Source of the DNA: Octopus vulgaris
Taxonomy: Eukaryota
DNA length: 64,000 nucleotides
Reading direction: 5' to 3'
Assembly: GCA_951406725.2 (NCBI GenBank)
Contig: OX597817.1
Location: forward strand, 140,864,001 to 140,928,000
Below are positions 38,372-51,984 of this stretch, one piece after another. Made by a program: the position numbers and the translations under genes. The notes under the pieces were generated by a model, which ran no database searches, was not told where the DNA came from, and was given only the letters and a program-made list of their open reading frames with translations. The first letter of the stretch is position 1; each line of letters begins with the position of its first letter.

Positions 38372-39024
38372 AATTAAGTCTGACACAGATTGTTCCAAAA
38401 CACACAAATAAAATCAATGAATTAATCAAGGCTACGGAGTAAATTAAGAAGAAAAATTCATCTCCATTAATGGACTAACATTAGTGAAATCGTAGAAACA
38501 GCGACCTGTCGAACTAAACTTAATGTTTGATAGTGTTTAGTTCCGAAACATAACATCATGAGTTTGAATATTACCCGAGACGATTCAGTTTGTCACTGCT
38601 ACTGCTACATTGTATAACCTAGGTTTTGTCATAGGGGAAACCGGGCATACCCGGAAGGGGTTAGGACTGTGAGTATAGAAAAGGGAACAAGCAAATTGCC
38701 ATCTTAAATAAAGTTACAATGTTTCTAATCCCCACTTGTCCAGGAATACCACAAGGTACAGAAAGAAGAATTATTTGGAGCAAAACCTCTAATTAGTCTT
38801 TTCATTATCAAAGACGAGAGAGGGACAAAAATGTCCCTAATATATTGTTGCTGTGGAAGGGGCTGTCAGCTTGAGAACCACAGAGCTAGGCCCTTTCACA
38901 CCCATACTGTAAGCCATTAGCTCGTACACTATACACTATTCACTAAACTATAGCTCATTTCCATCTACACTGCAATCCATTAACCCCTATACTATAGCTC
39001 ACTCACTCCTATGCTTATACTATA

Positions 39025-39256
39025 AGGCGGCGAGCTGGCAGAAACGTTAGCGCGCCGAGCGAAATGCTTAGCGGTATTTCGTCTGTCTTTACGTTCTGGG
39101 TTCAAATTCCGCCGAGGTCGACTTTGCCTTTCATCCTTTCGGAGTCGATAAATAAAGTACCAGTTTTGCACTGGGGTTGATGTAATGGACTTAATCCGTT
39201 TGTCTGTCCTTGTTTGTCCCCTTTATGTTTAGTCCCTTGTGGGCAATAAAGAAATA
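39025..39256 (+). mobile_element. SINE family A, full length
   Basis: 9-bp TSD tatactata (39016-39024 / 39257-39265). Confidence 0.92.
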
Positions 39257-40128
39257 TATACTATACCTCATTCACCCCTATACTATCCGCCACCAATCCC
39301 TACAAAAAAACAAATTAGGCAAAATCATTTTTTTTCCGTGGGAATTCAACTGAACATACAACTCTTTCATGAATGAAATAAAGAAGTAAAGAATGAACGA
39401 ACTCAAAATCCGAACCTTGAATGACGAAACTAAATTCAGTTGAAGGCTTTATTCTACAACAATCGACATTATTGTATCGCATATTGTGCTGTGAGAAGCT
39501 ATTGGAGAAAATCCAAAGTGGCATCACGTTACCCTTATTTCGAAGTCCCAGTATTCAGAGTTGTTAATCGTCTCATTTCTCTGTCAATTTCGTCACTGGA
39601 TTCTTAGTTCTGGTTGTTGCTGATCTGCAATTATATGCAATCGATCTCTCGTTAACCCGCTCATCAAACATTCACCACCAGGTAAAATAATCGACAGCCG
39701 AACGGATGCAAAGACGACGGCGACGGCGAAAGTTCGAATTTTCTTGAATTCTAAATAAATAACTAATTCCCTAACCATATAAAATTTACTGTCAGATCAA
39801 TTTATTATCAGATAATCCTGAATATTATCTTGGCAATTATCTGATAGGCTGTTTAATGTGATTTCACTGATAATATATCGATCTGGAGCAGCAGCAGCAG
39901 CAGCAACAGCAGCAGAGCAACAGCAACGGCAGCAGCAGCAAACGGAGGAATGAAATTTGATTGTAACCAGAAGATTGAGATTCTCTAAGAGAGAATAATT
40001 GAGAAATGACGATGTTTATTGGTTTCAGATGACCGAAAGAGTTAACAAGCATAACTGAGTGACAGGGGGAGGGGGAGGTCTAGAGATGACAATTCAAGAA
40101 TTATTAGCTGTAACTGTATTTATGGCTA

Positions 40129-40519
40129 CTTATTGCTTGCGTCCCCAAAGTCCATCCCCTCCTCACCGTGGTGGGGACGCTGGCAACGGGTAGTGTCAGA
40201 GCTATGCCATCGGGAACTTCGGTTCCTGGTAGGGCCACCCAAGGCGGATTGGTCTAACACCGAGTGGTATTAGGGCCACAACCCGGCAGACGGAGCTCTG
40301 GTGAAAATCCTCAGAGTGTCTGCTTCGGACCCAGCGGCTTCTCGGTCGTTCTGTCCCTGCGTCTGCTGATAATCTGCGGCAAACAGGATGTCTCTACATG
40401 CGGGATTGTTGGGGACCGCTTGTGAAATCCACATATTCCCACGAAACTTCTTCCATGAGTAGAAGAAGCCGACTCAGCCCGCCCAGGGTGAATGTCGCCA
40501 CAAGTACAAGTACAAGTAA
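40129..40519 (+). mobile_element. Short non-autonomous RTE derivative (5' UTR fused to 3' tail)
   Basis: RTE/BovB-like 5' UTR motif gagctatgcc...ggtagggccacccaaggcgg; (CAAGTA)n tail; 13-bp TSD gtatttatggcta. Confidence 0.8.
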
Positions 40520-41080
40520 GTATTTATGGCTATGTCTCCCCACCCCATCATAGTGATGGTTGTAGTAAGGTAGGCTCTCGTTGTTAAGTTTATGTCATCA
40601 TCGCCAGTGATAGCTATGTGGGAGCAGTTATTTGGTTGGTCGACATGTTAGAAATAGTAGCTAAGTTCCCCTAAAGTCATATTTTACTGTCTTAAGAAAA
40701 GGAAAGGCTAGATAATGTAATGCAACACACCCTAAAAGAGGGCGAGGGGATCGTGGTTGAAATGATGTTATTAAGCCCTGGCCAAGGATCAAACAACACC
40801 GTACAGCATGTTAGATTAAGGTGAGGAAAGGTGAGAAGTAGACTTGATCTTTGGTGATAGACAAAACCCACTGCTCACGTTAACGTCAGTCGCTGACTTT
40901 GGAGTATTTTAGACGGAGAGGCTTCTCTCCCAGAAACTGGGACCAGCTTGGACCAAGTAATCTGCTTTAAAGAAAACACAAACTCTCAATGCGCTGTTCT
41001 CAACAACATCACGGCCAGAATTAGTACTTCGTAGAGAATATCACTGAAAATTATTTGTAGACAGTTGTAGCCGTCCACTT

Positions 41081-41330
41081 AACACCAGCAAACATGTTGG
41101 AGGGTCGACCCCTAAAACAGTAAGTGGCCCCTTGGAAGGCAGTTTCCTGAAGTAGCAAGCAACATCTTGAAAGGTCGACCACTAAAACAGCAAGTGACAC
41201 CTTAGAAGGCCGCCACTTGAACTGACAAACATATTCAAAGACCACCACCTCAACCATCAAGCGATACCTTGGAAGGTCAACTCCTGAACAGCAAGCGACA
41301 CCGTTAAAGCCAACCCCTAAACAGCAGACG
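41081..41330. repeat. Degenerate ~35-bp minisatellite (~7 units)
   Basis: Consensus near aacagcaagtgacaccttggaaggtcgacccctaa; units start at 41081, 41116, 41151, 41186. Confidence 0.7.
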
Positions 41331-41736
41331 ATAAATCTGTCAACCCAACATTATCTCAATAGTTGTTCTTCTTCTTAAGTGATAGATACGCTTCATCTTC
41401 AAATGCTTCCCACGTGGCCACTAACTTTATATCCAATCACCTTGCAATATTCGGGTAGGGTACACCACTTTGTACTAACCTCGATGTCTTGCTTTCATTT
41501 ACGTCCTTTTCCTCACAAACTCAAACCCAAACTCATTAAAATGACACTTGATTGAAAACATCAGTGGAGTAAGTAGCGAGGTTCGAACACCAACCTCTAG
41601 AGTGGTTATCATTGCCACATTCTACATCGGCCTAGCTCTTTCAGCAAAGATCTCTTGAGGAAGTCCGTAGTCGTGCATGCGCGCTACAAGTCCACTCCAC
41701 TGCATCTATATATAATCAAGAATGAGAGTTGCTGGT

Positions 41737-42086
41737 TGCTGTTGAGCGAACGGTCTTCGTCCGAAACGTGGTCCTTTGCTATTCGTAAGACCCGCAGAAG
41801 AGAAAAGCAGGTCAACCCCCGACACCGAGAGCATCGACGGATGGATGAATGCGCATCCAGGCTCAGCGGTTGCGTAGGAAGTAGGGGACAAGAAACAGGA
41901 AGAATGAGTGAGAGAAAGTTGAGCGAAGGAGTACAACAGGGGTTGCCACCACCCCCTGCCGGAGCCTCGTGGAGCTTTAGGTGTTTTCGCTCAATAAACA
42001 CACACAACGCCCGGTCTGGGAATCGAAACCGCGATCCTCCGACCGCGAGTCCGCTGCCCTAACCATTGGACGATTGCGCCTCGACT
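41737..42086 (-). mobile_element. SINE family D, full length, tRNA-derived
   Basis: Minus-strand head GAGGCGCAATCGTCCAATGGTTAGGGCAGCGGACTCGCGG...GGTTTCGATTCCC; 14-bp TSD tgagagttgctggt. Confidence 0.92.
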
Positions 42087-42839
42087 TGAGAGTTGCTGGT
42101 GGGAGGAGACTAGAATTAAAATATCCAAAAGTTAATGAAGAATCAATAGAATTAAGAGAACTAAATTTACTTAATGTGACCTTTGCCAGAAGATAAGGTA
42201 TTGTTTTAAATGTGTAATGGATTAGGATTAAAGTTGTGTTAAGAAAACGTTTAATATCAATGGACTTGTAATTATTATTCTAGCAAGATGTAAATTATAG
42301 GTATCGAATAAAAGCTATTTGAAATACCTTCTACAACAAAGTCTAAGATTTGTTTAGGAGAAAATTCGCGTGAAGATGAAACGAAAATTAAAGTTGAGTT
42401 TCAAAAGGTTGCATGCCAACCTCTAAACGACTTATGGACGAACAAAATATTCATTCTAATTGCAATAATTAAATTGAGGAAAATATGAACGCTTTTTAGA
42501 ATGATCGAAGGAAGAAGATGAAAAAGTTAAAAGTCAGTGATAATGTTTTTGTCTACTACGATAAAACAAATATGGTTATACGATAGCAACAGACAAACAA
42601 TGGCTGTTTCGTCACTAATTCAATTTTGAATTTATATGAAAAAGAAATAAATTAAGGAATTTAGCATTAATATTCATTATTAATGCTAAAAATTGCCAGC
42701 GAATTAAACAAAGACGCAGTCGAAGCATCTGTAACAAAGATTTCTATTTCTATTTCATATTTAAAGACCACAAACTAATTTCACCAACCACGTTTCGTTC
42801 AGACTCATTAATCATTAATCATTAATCATTCAAAATTTA

Positions 42840-42909
<70 letters not shown>

Positions 42910-42931
42910 TGTAGATATATATATATATATG

Positions 42932-42987
<56 letters not shown>

Positions 42988-43224
42988 TCAGGTCTTGCGT
43001 TTATTCCTTTATATGTACTAAACGCTATCATTACGCCCAAGTCCATGCTTAACTTCACAGCTACCTCTGCGGAATAATATGAATTCAGTCAGTCAATGAT
43101 TTAAAACACTTTCAAATAAAAAGTAATTTAAAACACTGCAGCCCTATAATGGCAGAATTTTTTTGTTACTGCCGCGCTTATTTACGTAAATTACACACTT
43201 AAAAACACATAGAAATCCTCTAAA

Positions 43225-44370
43225 CTTGTATGGCAACTGCATTCGGATTAAGAAGTATAGTAATAGGCCTTTCCAGATTTGTATGGGTTCAAAGAATTTA
43301 GTTGAAGTCAGGGATATTGTTTACTTATACATTTTAAACGCTCTGCAGAGCACATTTTCATACATCTTGAGAGGTTTATATCGAGACGAAGGCTTGTTAT
43401 CTTTATTCAACTTAAATTCTCAAACTATTGATAGATTTTGCTGCAACATCCATATTCTTTTCAAGACTTCGCGTTCCTCAGTTATAAAGCTATTAATTTT
43501 CTTTATATTACTTTTAAACTAGAAACGTCTGAATATAACGGCAAATGAAAAGTTACAATACTTTTATTAATAATCCAATCACCTCAAATTTTAACAGTTC
43601 AGTTTTAAAAACATTCTTAGGATTCTCCATTTTCTTATGAACAGATTTTCGACAATGCATTTCGTTATTGTAATGAAACACTTCATAAAAGGATTTACAC
43701 AGCAAATGTAGAATATTAATCTAATATCTGTTAAGCGTAGAAAGATATCTACCATTTGGTGTAATCCGCCGTTCAACTTAGGAATAGTGACATTTGTAGC
43801 TAAAATAGTTTACAAGCTCTTTCTGAAATATTTTCTGTATCAACACAGCCAAAGTATTATTAAAATCTAATATTCTACCACTCATATTTTTGCGCAAATA
43901 TTAGCAAACTACTAAAACAATTAACAGTCTTCCTACCGGTTTCTACTGAACAAACAATAGCAACGTCCCTCTTCATGGAGACTGTACGTCCAAACATTTG
44001 CTATTATTACAAGGTTAACAGAAATCCGACCAAAGTTCCATATATAAGGATTAACGGACTTCCATTTAAAACAAGATTTTTTCCCATCATACATCGAATA
44101 TGCATGATTTTATCATCATAAAAACCATAAAAGAAAAGCAGACACGTTGCCGTCGAAATGCTTTTGGAATTCATAGTCAGTCACGTCATTTTATACACGT
44201 CTTTCAATGTATAACGGAAAGTTTTATGTTTTACCAGACCTTAGCAATAAAAGCATAGTCAGGTTTGCGCCTCTGAGGGCTATGAAATTATATCGTCCAA
44301 AGTTCGACGACTAAACAACCATTAGAATTAGTTTCATGCTGCAAGCATAAAATTTTTAAAACATTGAATC
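43225..44370 (+). pseudogene. Degenerate Penelope-like element (RT + GIY-YIG remnants)
   Basis: MGS...GLYRDEGL (PLE GLYRDDGL motif), WCNPPFN, and a terminal ELVSCCKHK-like motif. Confidence 0.75.
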
Positions 44371-44821
44371 ATTTCAACCAATTATATTTCCTAAAGGTAC
44401 CCCGTATGCGTTTGCGCGCGCGCGTGTGTGTGTGTTGAAAGCCTGTTCTACATCCGAGCTGTGCATCAGCCTTCTGACCACCTGTGTTCCACGTTCTATG
44501 TTGGATGTAAGTCTCCATTTTTGGCACCCGTAAAGAAAAATCGAAGCTACTAGCAACCTGTACAATTTCAGCCTCGTTAGAAAACTGATGGAACCATTTT
44601 TCTACAAGACATTCAGCTTCTTTAAAACAAATGAAGCTAGGTCAGGTCTTGCGTTTATTCCCTTATTGAGATACCGTTCTTTGCTCAAAATTCGTTTGAA
44701 CTATTTAAACTCACTTCTCCAAGTTGTTTCGTCCATTCAGCTCCATATTGATTGCTTTATTGTGGCTTTGGATCTTAACCAAAATTTTGCCCTTTCTTCT
44801 GAACGAATCTCCATTATGCAC

Positions 44822-45310
44822 TTAACACAGACAAATTCGCATTTGGAAATTGAGAAAAGTCTTGCATAGTTTTACTGTTCTATTCACAGATTGCACTTGT
44901 AATGTACGGATCAGCCGGTCGATTTCTCCTTCTGAAAATCCCTGTTTATCCAGATTCTCCTTTAAACATTCACTAACAAAGCCTTGTGCTCCAATTATTA
45001 TTGGTATGAATATGAATTCATAGTCTGGATATAGAAGGTGGAGGTTTCGAAGCAGTTGTCTATAGATATCCTCTTTTACTTTGATTTTCAAAGAGATATT
45101 TATATCTGCAGGGCAGCTGACCTCTATGATAGTACATCCCTTTGCCCCTCTGTCCCAAACAACAATATCCAGCCTGTTATCCTTACATTTGACAGAAGTT
45201 TTGATGGTAATATTCTATATTGAGTTGGTGTTTATGAATGTAATTTTGAACAGCTGCTAATTACATGCGTGATGTCTTCCACAGAAACATGACACAGTCT
45301 CCACATGCAG
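44822..45310 (-). pseudogene. RLE-type LINE C-terminal fragment
   Basis: FIFIPIIIGAQG...LQVQSVNRTVKLCKTFLNF; lies next to (TATG)n. Confidence 0.75.
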
Positions 45311-45823
45311 TTGCACTTTTAGATTACAAGAGCGTCACTGTCTCTGTATGTATGTATGTATGTATGTATGTATGTATGTATGTATGTATGTATGTATGTA
45401 TGTATGTATGTATCTCGTTATTCAGTTTTATTTCAAGATTCTTGCCAATAGACAAAGAACCGATTTCTAACCTAGATCCAAGGCTCCTTCATTGGAATTT
45501 CAACATCAACAACAGGGTATTTTTGTATGTATGTATGTATGTATGTATGTATGTATGTATGTATGTATGTATGTATGTATGTATTTATTTATTTATTTAT
45601 TGTGTCAGGTCGCTCTTATGTGCTACTGGTAACATGTAACCCAGTAGAACATGGTCGGGTCGTCGGCGAGTAAACCGGCAACCCCACCAAGCTTGCTTGG
45701 TGAGGAGGGTCACTGTTGGACATCCTGCGGAATAAAAAACAAGACCCGTCAAATGGCGGAAGAACTCAGAAGAGTCAACGGTCATCCAATAAAGTATGTA
45801 AAGTTGTGTGAGTGTATTTTGTG

Positions 45824-45859
<36 letters not shown>

Positions 45860-46086
45860 ATGTGTGTGTGCATGTCTGTGTGCATGTGTGTATGTATGTA
45901 TTTTTATGAATTTTTCTGAATAATTTTGTGTAATATATGCATGGCAATTTTTGGTGGGGATGTATATATTTTTATTTGTACTGTATATATATGTATTTAT
46001 AGCTTTTATCTTGTTCAGTGTGTATAATGGTGTGTGTTCATTATTACTAACTGTGGCTGTTAATGTGTGTTGGTGTGAGTGCATGT

Positions 46087-49000
46087 AAAATCCCTACGAT
46101 GGGCAGATAGTAGCTCTTTAGTCTTGGATTACAAGCTATCTAGGAGAAGGATTCTCTGAAATTAAACCTGCAGTCTCAAAGAGCATCCATTGATGAAGAT
46201 TAATTCCTCTTTATGGGTTATGCTTTTGTACTTAGAGAGTAGGATCGGGTGAGTGCAAGATCTCTCCTCGCTTTAAAAAGTTTCTGGTACGGGTATTGCT
46301 TGAGCAAATTTTGCTGAAGTTACACGATCTCAATGAATGGGGCTGGTCGAAGCCCGAAAAAAAAGGCTTAAATACAATTATGAGATCTATAAACCATGAA
46401 GATGTAAATGGCAAAAAGGGCTTGGGATCCAGAGGTGAACTGGTCTGGCCCGGCAGGTTCCCCAGGGTATCGAAGCCTGGGCTCAGTGGTCATCCTGCCT
46501 CTGCGTGCAGCATCAACAACAGTAAGGTTTCCATGAATATTGAATGCTGGAATGTAAGAACATTATTAGATTCAGAATCAAATAAAAGATACCCAGTGAG
46601 AATGTCTACTCTTATTGGTAAGGAGAAGCAAAAGTATGCAATGGACATTGTAGCATTATCAGAGACTAGATTTCTTGGGCAAAGTAACTTTACTGAGAAA
46701 TCCAGTGGTTACACATTTTATTGGAGTGAGAAAGAAGAAAAAGAAAATTGCAAAAAAAGAAAGCGGCGTTGCTTTTGCTCTGAAAACCTCCTTGGTTGAT
46801 AAGTTAGAGGAATTGTCATACAGTGCAAATGATAGAATGATATTGCTGAGATTGCCTTTTAAAAAAAAAGGTTGGTATGTAACACTTGTTAGTGTTTATG
46901 CACCAACTATGAATGCCAGTGAAAATTAAAAGCTCTCCTTTTATGATGTGCTGAAAGAGAACATCTGCAAAATTTCACACAAGGATAGGATTATCATATT
47001 GGGCGATTTTAATGCTGGAGTTGGTAAAGATCATGAGACATGGGGTGTGATTGGAAGACACAGAGTGGGAAATTGTAACAGCAATGGCTTACTTTTGTTA
47101 CAGATGTGTTCTGAGCTGAATCTATTTATTATGAGCACTGCTTTTCAGCAAAAAGTTAAGTTCGAAACTACATGGACGCACCCTGGTTCAAAAAAATGGC
47201 ACCTGACAGACTATATGATTACTAGAAAGCGAGGTAAGATAGATTTCTGTATAGTGCGGGTCATGCGGGGAACGGAATGTTGGGCAGATCATTGCTTGGT
47301 TCATGGGAAGATCAAGTTTGTAGGGAAACCAAAAAGTAGACAAAGTGGCACTGACATCCCTAAACGTCTGAATGTGAATCTTCTTAATGATAAAATGGTT
47401 AGAATAGAATTTCAGGAGAAAATTGAAATTTGGATTGGACATATGAGTGGATGGACTTCAGAGGAGAACTATACAATTTAAGTAAAGAAGTTTTGGGAGT
47501 AAAGAAGAATAAACATCAAGATTGGTTTGATGGAAGTGATGGAAATACTCAACATTTGTTGGAAGAAAAACGAAAGGCATTGCATTCATTACTAGCAAAT
47601 GAGTCTGACCAAAATAGAGTTTTTTCAAAGAGATTAAAGCAGATGTGCAAAGAAAGATTCGAAGAATGCAGAATACTTGATGGCAGAAGAAAGCAGGAGA
47701 GATAGAGGCTGCTTCCAATGTTAAGAACACTAAGTTATTATATACTCTCTTTCGTGAGGTATATGGGCCATCATGTCCTACTTTGGTTCATGTGAAGTAT
47801 AGGAATGGTGTTTTATTGAGGGAGCCCAAACACATCTTAAAACAATCGGAGGAATGTTTCAATGAACTTCTGAATCGACCATCAGTTGCTGATGAAAAAA
47901 GTATTGATGTGATTCCACAGAATGCACCCATCGAGTGCGTAGATGACACCCCGTCAGTGGGGGAAACACTAAAAGCTGTACCAAAGCTGAACAATGGCAA
48001 AGCACCAGGAGCTGATAGTCTGAATGTAGAACTATTTAAGTTGGAGGACCACTTTGCTAGAAATGCTGACAGCAGTAATACAGAAGGTTTGGGAAAATGA
48101 AGTTATGCAGGAAGATTGCAGTCATAGAAGTTGTGTTCAAGGGTAAGGGACAAAAGGATGAATGCAATAGCTTTCGTGGCATTTGCTTGCTTGCTGCAAC
48201 CGGTAAAGTTTTGTCACGAATGTTGAACCGGCTGCAGATATATGTGGCTAATGAGATTCTTCCTGAATCACAAAGTGGATTCAGAAATGGTAGGGGTACT
48301 GTTGACATGATCTTCTTTGCACGGCAGTTACAGGAAAAGTGTGTGTCAATTGAACTGCCTTGTGGGAGACCTTGAAGTAACTTGGATACCGAGTAAAGGT
48401 TCTCACTATTCTGAAGCAGTTTCATGATGGCATGAAGGTAAGGATCAACATTGGTGGAATGCTCTCAGGGCTTATCTCTGTCATGAGTGGGATAAAACAA
48501 GGTGACCTACTAGCACCCACTCTCTTCGTCCTCTATTTTACTATAGTTTCTCAACTGGCTTTCAAAAGCATATATATCAGATATCGCACAACAGGAAAAA
48601 TATTTAACATCGGAAGACTGTCAGCTAGGTCAAGGACGCCCTCAACTCTTATTAGAGACATCCTCTATGCAAATGATTGTGATATTGTCACTCATACTGA
48701 AGGGGACATGCACAATTTTATGAATGCAATTTCAGTGGATTGTGAGGCACTTGGCTTAACCATAAATCTCACCAAAACTGTTGTCGTGTTTCAGCCAGCA
48801 CCAGGAATGCCATACCCAGAACCTGGTATCTTCGTGTTTGGAACAAAACTTGCTGTGGTTTCTAAGTTTGTTTACTTAGAACTTACTCGTGGAACGTTTT
48901 CATCAACAATGTCTCAGAAGGATTTTGAGGATCAGCTGGAAAATGTTTGCGAGTGACGATGAAGTGTCTGAAAGAGGGAAATGCTTCAGCGTTGAAGCTT

Positions 49001-49680
49001 TGCTATAGCAATACAGATTGAGATGGAGTGGACACTTAGAATGACAGACAACAGAATACCTAAACAAATTTTTTATAGAGAATTGGTGACAGATAGGCGT
49101 CCATTCCACAAACCAAAGATGAGGTGCAAAGATTTTCTGAAGTCGGAATTGAATAAGATAAATGTTCCAATTGACAACTGGGTAGATTTACCGCATTGTC
49201 GAGAAAAATGGAAAATAGTTGTGTATGAAGGCAAAAATGAATTTGAAAGCAAGAGAATGGAGCGTGCAAATATCAAAAGAAAGATGAGAAAAAGTGACAG
49301 GAATGATGTTCTAATAAGCATTAATGAACGTGATGATCTTAGATGTGATGAAAGTGGAAAGATTTGTCTTAGTAAGGCTGGGCTAAAGAGCCGTATGAAA
49401 TCACACATTGCACCACTGCACATTGATTATAGATGGAAAGAAGAATTCGAATGCATACTCTGTCATTAAGTATGCAGATCAAAACGTGGCTTGAAAAGGC
49501 AGAGCAAAGCTCATGGAGCTGTAAACTATACAATCACCAGGTTTTCTTGCACTAATTGTCAAAAAGCATGCAAGTCTTTGGCAGGCCTCAAAAACCATAT
49601 TCGTGCAGCTCATCGATAATATTCTACGACATAAAGAAGTTAGGCAATGACTCTACTCGAAATCGAGTTGGCAACCATCA
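46087..49680 (+). mobile_element. Near full-length degenerate RTE (BovB-like) LINE: APE endonuclease + RT + C-terminal C2H2 fingers
   Basis: WNVRTLLD, DIVALSETR, YAPT, LGDFNA, WTHPGSK, DH, GKAPGAD, LPESQSGFRNGRGTVDMIF, GIKQGDLLAPTLF, LYANDC, RIPKQIFY; many frameshifts; followed by (ATGT)n. Confidence 0.93.
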
Positions 49681-50045
49681 TGTATGTATGTATGTATTTA
49701 TGTATGTATGTATGTATGTATGTATGTATGTATGTATGTATGTATGTATGTATGTATGTATGTATGTATGTATGTATGTATGTATGTATGTATGTATGTA
49801 TGTATGTATGTATGTATATATGTATGTACGTATGTACGTATGTATGTATGTATATATGTATGTATGCATGCATGCATGCATGTATGTATGTATGTATGTG
49901 TGTATATGTGTATGTGTGTATGTATGTATGTATGTATGTATGTATGCATGTATGTATGTATGTATGTATGTACATATGTACGTATGTACGTATGTATGTA
50001 TGCATGTATGTATTATGTATGTATGTATGTATGTATGTATGTATG

Positions 50046-50073
<28 letters not shown>
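49680..50073. repeat. (TATG)n microsatellite
   Basis: Direct observation. Confidence 0.95.
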
Positions 50074-50076
<3 letters not shown>

Positions 50077-50189
50077 TACGTCATAAGTTTATTTCAAGAT
50101 TAGATCTAACTTAGATCCAAGGCTCCTTCATTAGAATTGTATGTATGTATGTATGTATGTATGTATGTATGTATGTATGTATGTATGTG

Positions 50190-51035
50190 CAGATTTTTAT
50201 GCTTTATGTATGAATTTTCATGCATATATTTGCATATAGTTGCATATAGTTGCAGATCTAGACATGCTCATATATACTTAAATGATAAACTTCTGGAAAG
50301 TTTTACAGATTTTTACAGTTCCAATGATGGATTTCATCTGTAGTCTTCGAATTAGCTTTCTCCTTTCTGGTTTTGAGAAGCCTAATTTCTCCAGATTGGT
50401 ATTTAGGCATTGTATTACATATCCCAGGGCCTCAATAGTTACAGGTATAAACCTGAATTTGTAATCTGCAGTAACTGCAGGGTTTTCAATAGTTAAGCGA
50501 AGTTGTTCTCTTTTTCACTGATCTTCAGTTTTATGTTAACATCCGCTGAACAGCTAATTTCCACAACTGTACACAATTTCTCTTCTCTATCCCAAATCAT
50601 TATATCAGGTTTGTTGTGCTTACATTTTACTGAGGTCATCACTGGGACATTCCACCAGTATTCCCTTTTATTATGAGTGGCTATGGCTTCTACCATATTG
50701 TGGGTTCTTATTTCTTTGTCCTCAAGATTATCCTTTTGATGGATTTCATTATAGTGTCCTAGCTACATCACATCTCATCGGTAGATAATACCACGATGAC
50801 ATTTTTGGACAACTACTTATGATGTGGGTGACATCTTCGGTGTTAACTCCACAATGTCTGCATTGGTTGTTATATTCTTGCTTCTCTGTCCCTTATGTGC
50901 ATCAGGTACTTGGTTGATATTTCCTGTCCCTGGATTGCAAACACATTCCCTTCAAAGTGGGAGGTAGTAATCTGGCTATTGGTCCATGATAAACTGCTTT
51001 GATGATCGATGTTACTATCATCACAGAGCTTTCTA
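50190..51035 (-). pseudogene. RLE-type LINE 3' fragment (zinc knuckle + endonuclease) embedded in (CATA)n
   Basis: CRHCGVNTEDVTHIISSCP, CKHNKPDIMIWD...VEISC, KICKTFQKFII*. Confidence 0.82.
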
Positions 51036-51984
51036 TTATGTATGTATGTATTATGTATGTATTAAGTGTGTGTGCGTATGTCTGCGTGAGTCTGTCTGTC
51101 TGTCTATCTATTTGTCTGTCTATCTATCTGTCTGACTGCCTGTCTGCGTGTGTACTTATGTATAAAATCTGAAATGAAATAGATTTAACAAAGCAAAATG
51201 TTCAATAGATTCACTGTTACTATTTTGTTTTAGATATAGACAAAAATTAATTTAGAAGACGGTGGCTGCGGCGGCCACTATCGACAGCAAGAATGATGTT
51301 CGTCTCGAAATAATACCATTTTCAGAATAGAGTGAAATCTATGATCGATAATGTAAAGGTTATGGAGAAAGAATGGAGTCAGCCATTGGGGGACATTGAA
51401 CCCAAACCCCAAAAATGTTCGACTTCAGAAGCATTGGATCTCTGGGTCAACCATTGGTCTCACTGATTGAATTATCCAAAATAATGATAAAACATAGAAA
51501 TTAAAATATATAACAAATTCTACAAAAACAATTTCTCTGTCTTTGGTGAAGATAGAGAGAGATTAATATTAAATTAACTGAAGTTGACTGAGGTAATTTC
51601 AAGGGAGATAACCTCAATATATCAACCCTGATACAACTTTTAATACACTTTTAGTATGATTAATCTTGTCTTCTTTTCCTGTTGTTCCGACAGACAGGCA
51701 GTTTAAGTTGGATTGGTTGACAATAACCACGCCAAGGTTCGCTTGAGTTTCCAAATATTTTACATACCACCATGCTGGGGACGACCAATGACTTCCAGGA
51801 AAGCTGACGGTGAGCTGGCGGAATCATAAGCACGCCGGTAAATAATGCTTAGTGGTATTTCGTCAGTCTTTACATTCTGAGTTCAAATTCTGCTGAGGTC
51901 GACTTTTCCTTATTTGTGGTGCACCTGAGCACTGTATACAATAATTTCATTATTTCATTATTTTTTTTTTTATTATACAAAGTC

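Noticed and set aside
42010-42086. tRNA gene on the minus strand
   Set aside because: It is the head of a SINE with body, tail and TSD; the acceptor stem is not intact
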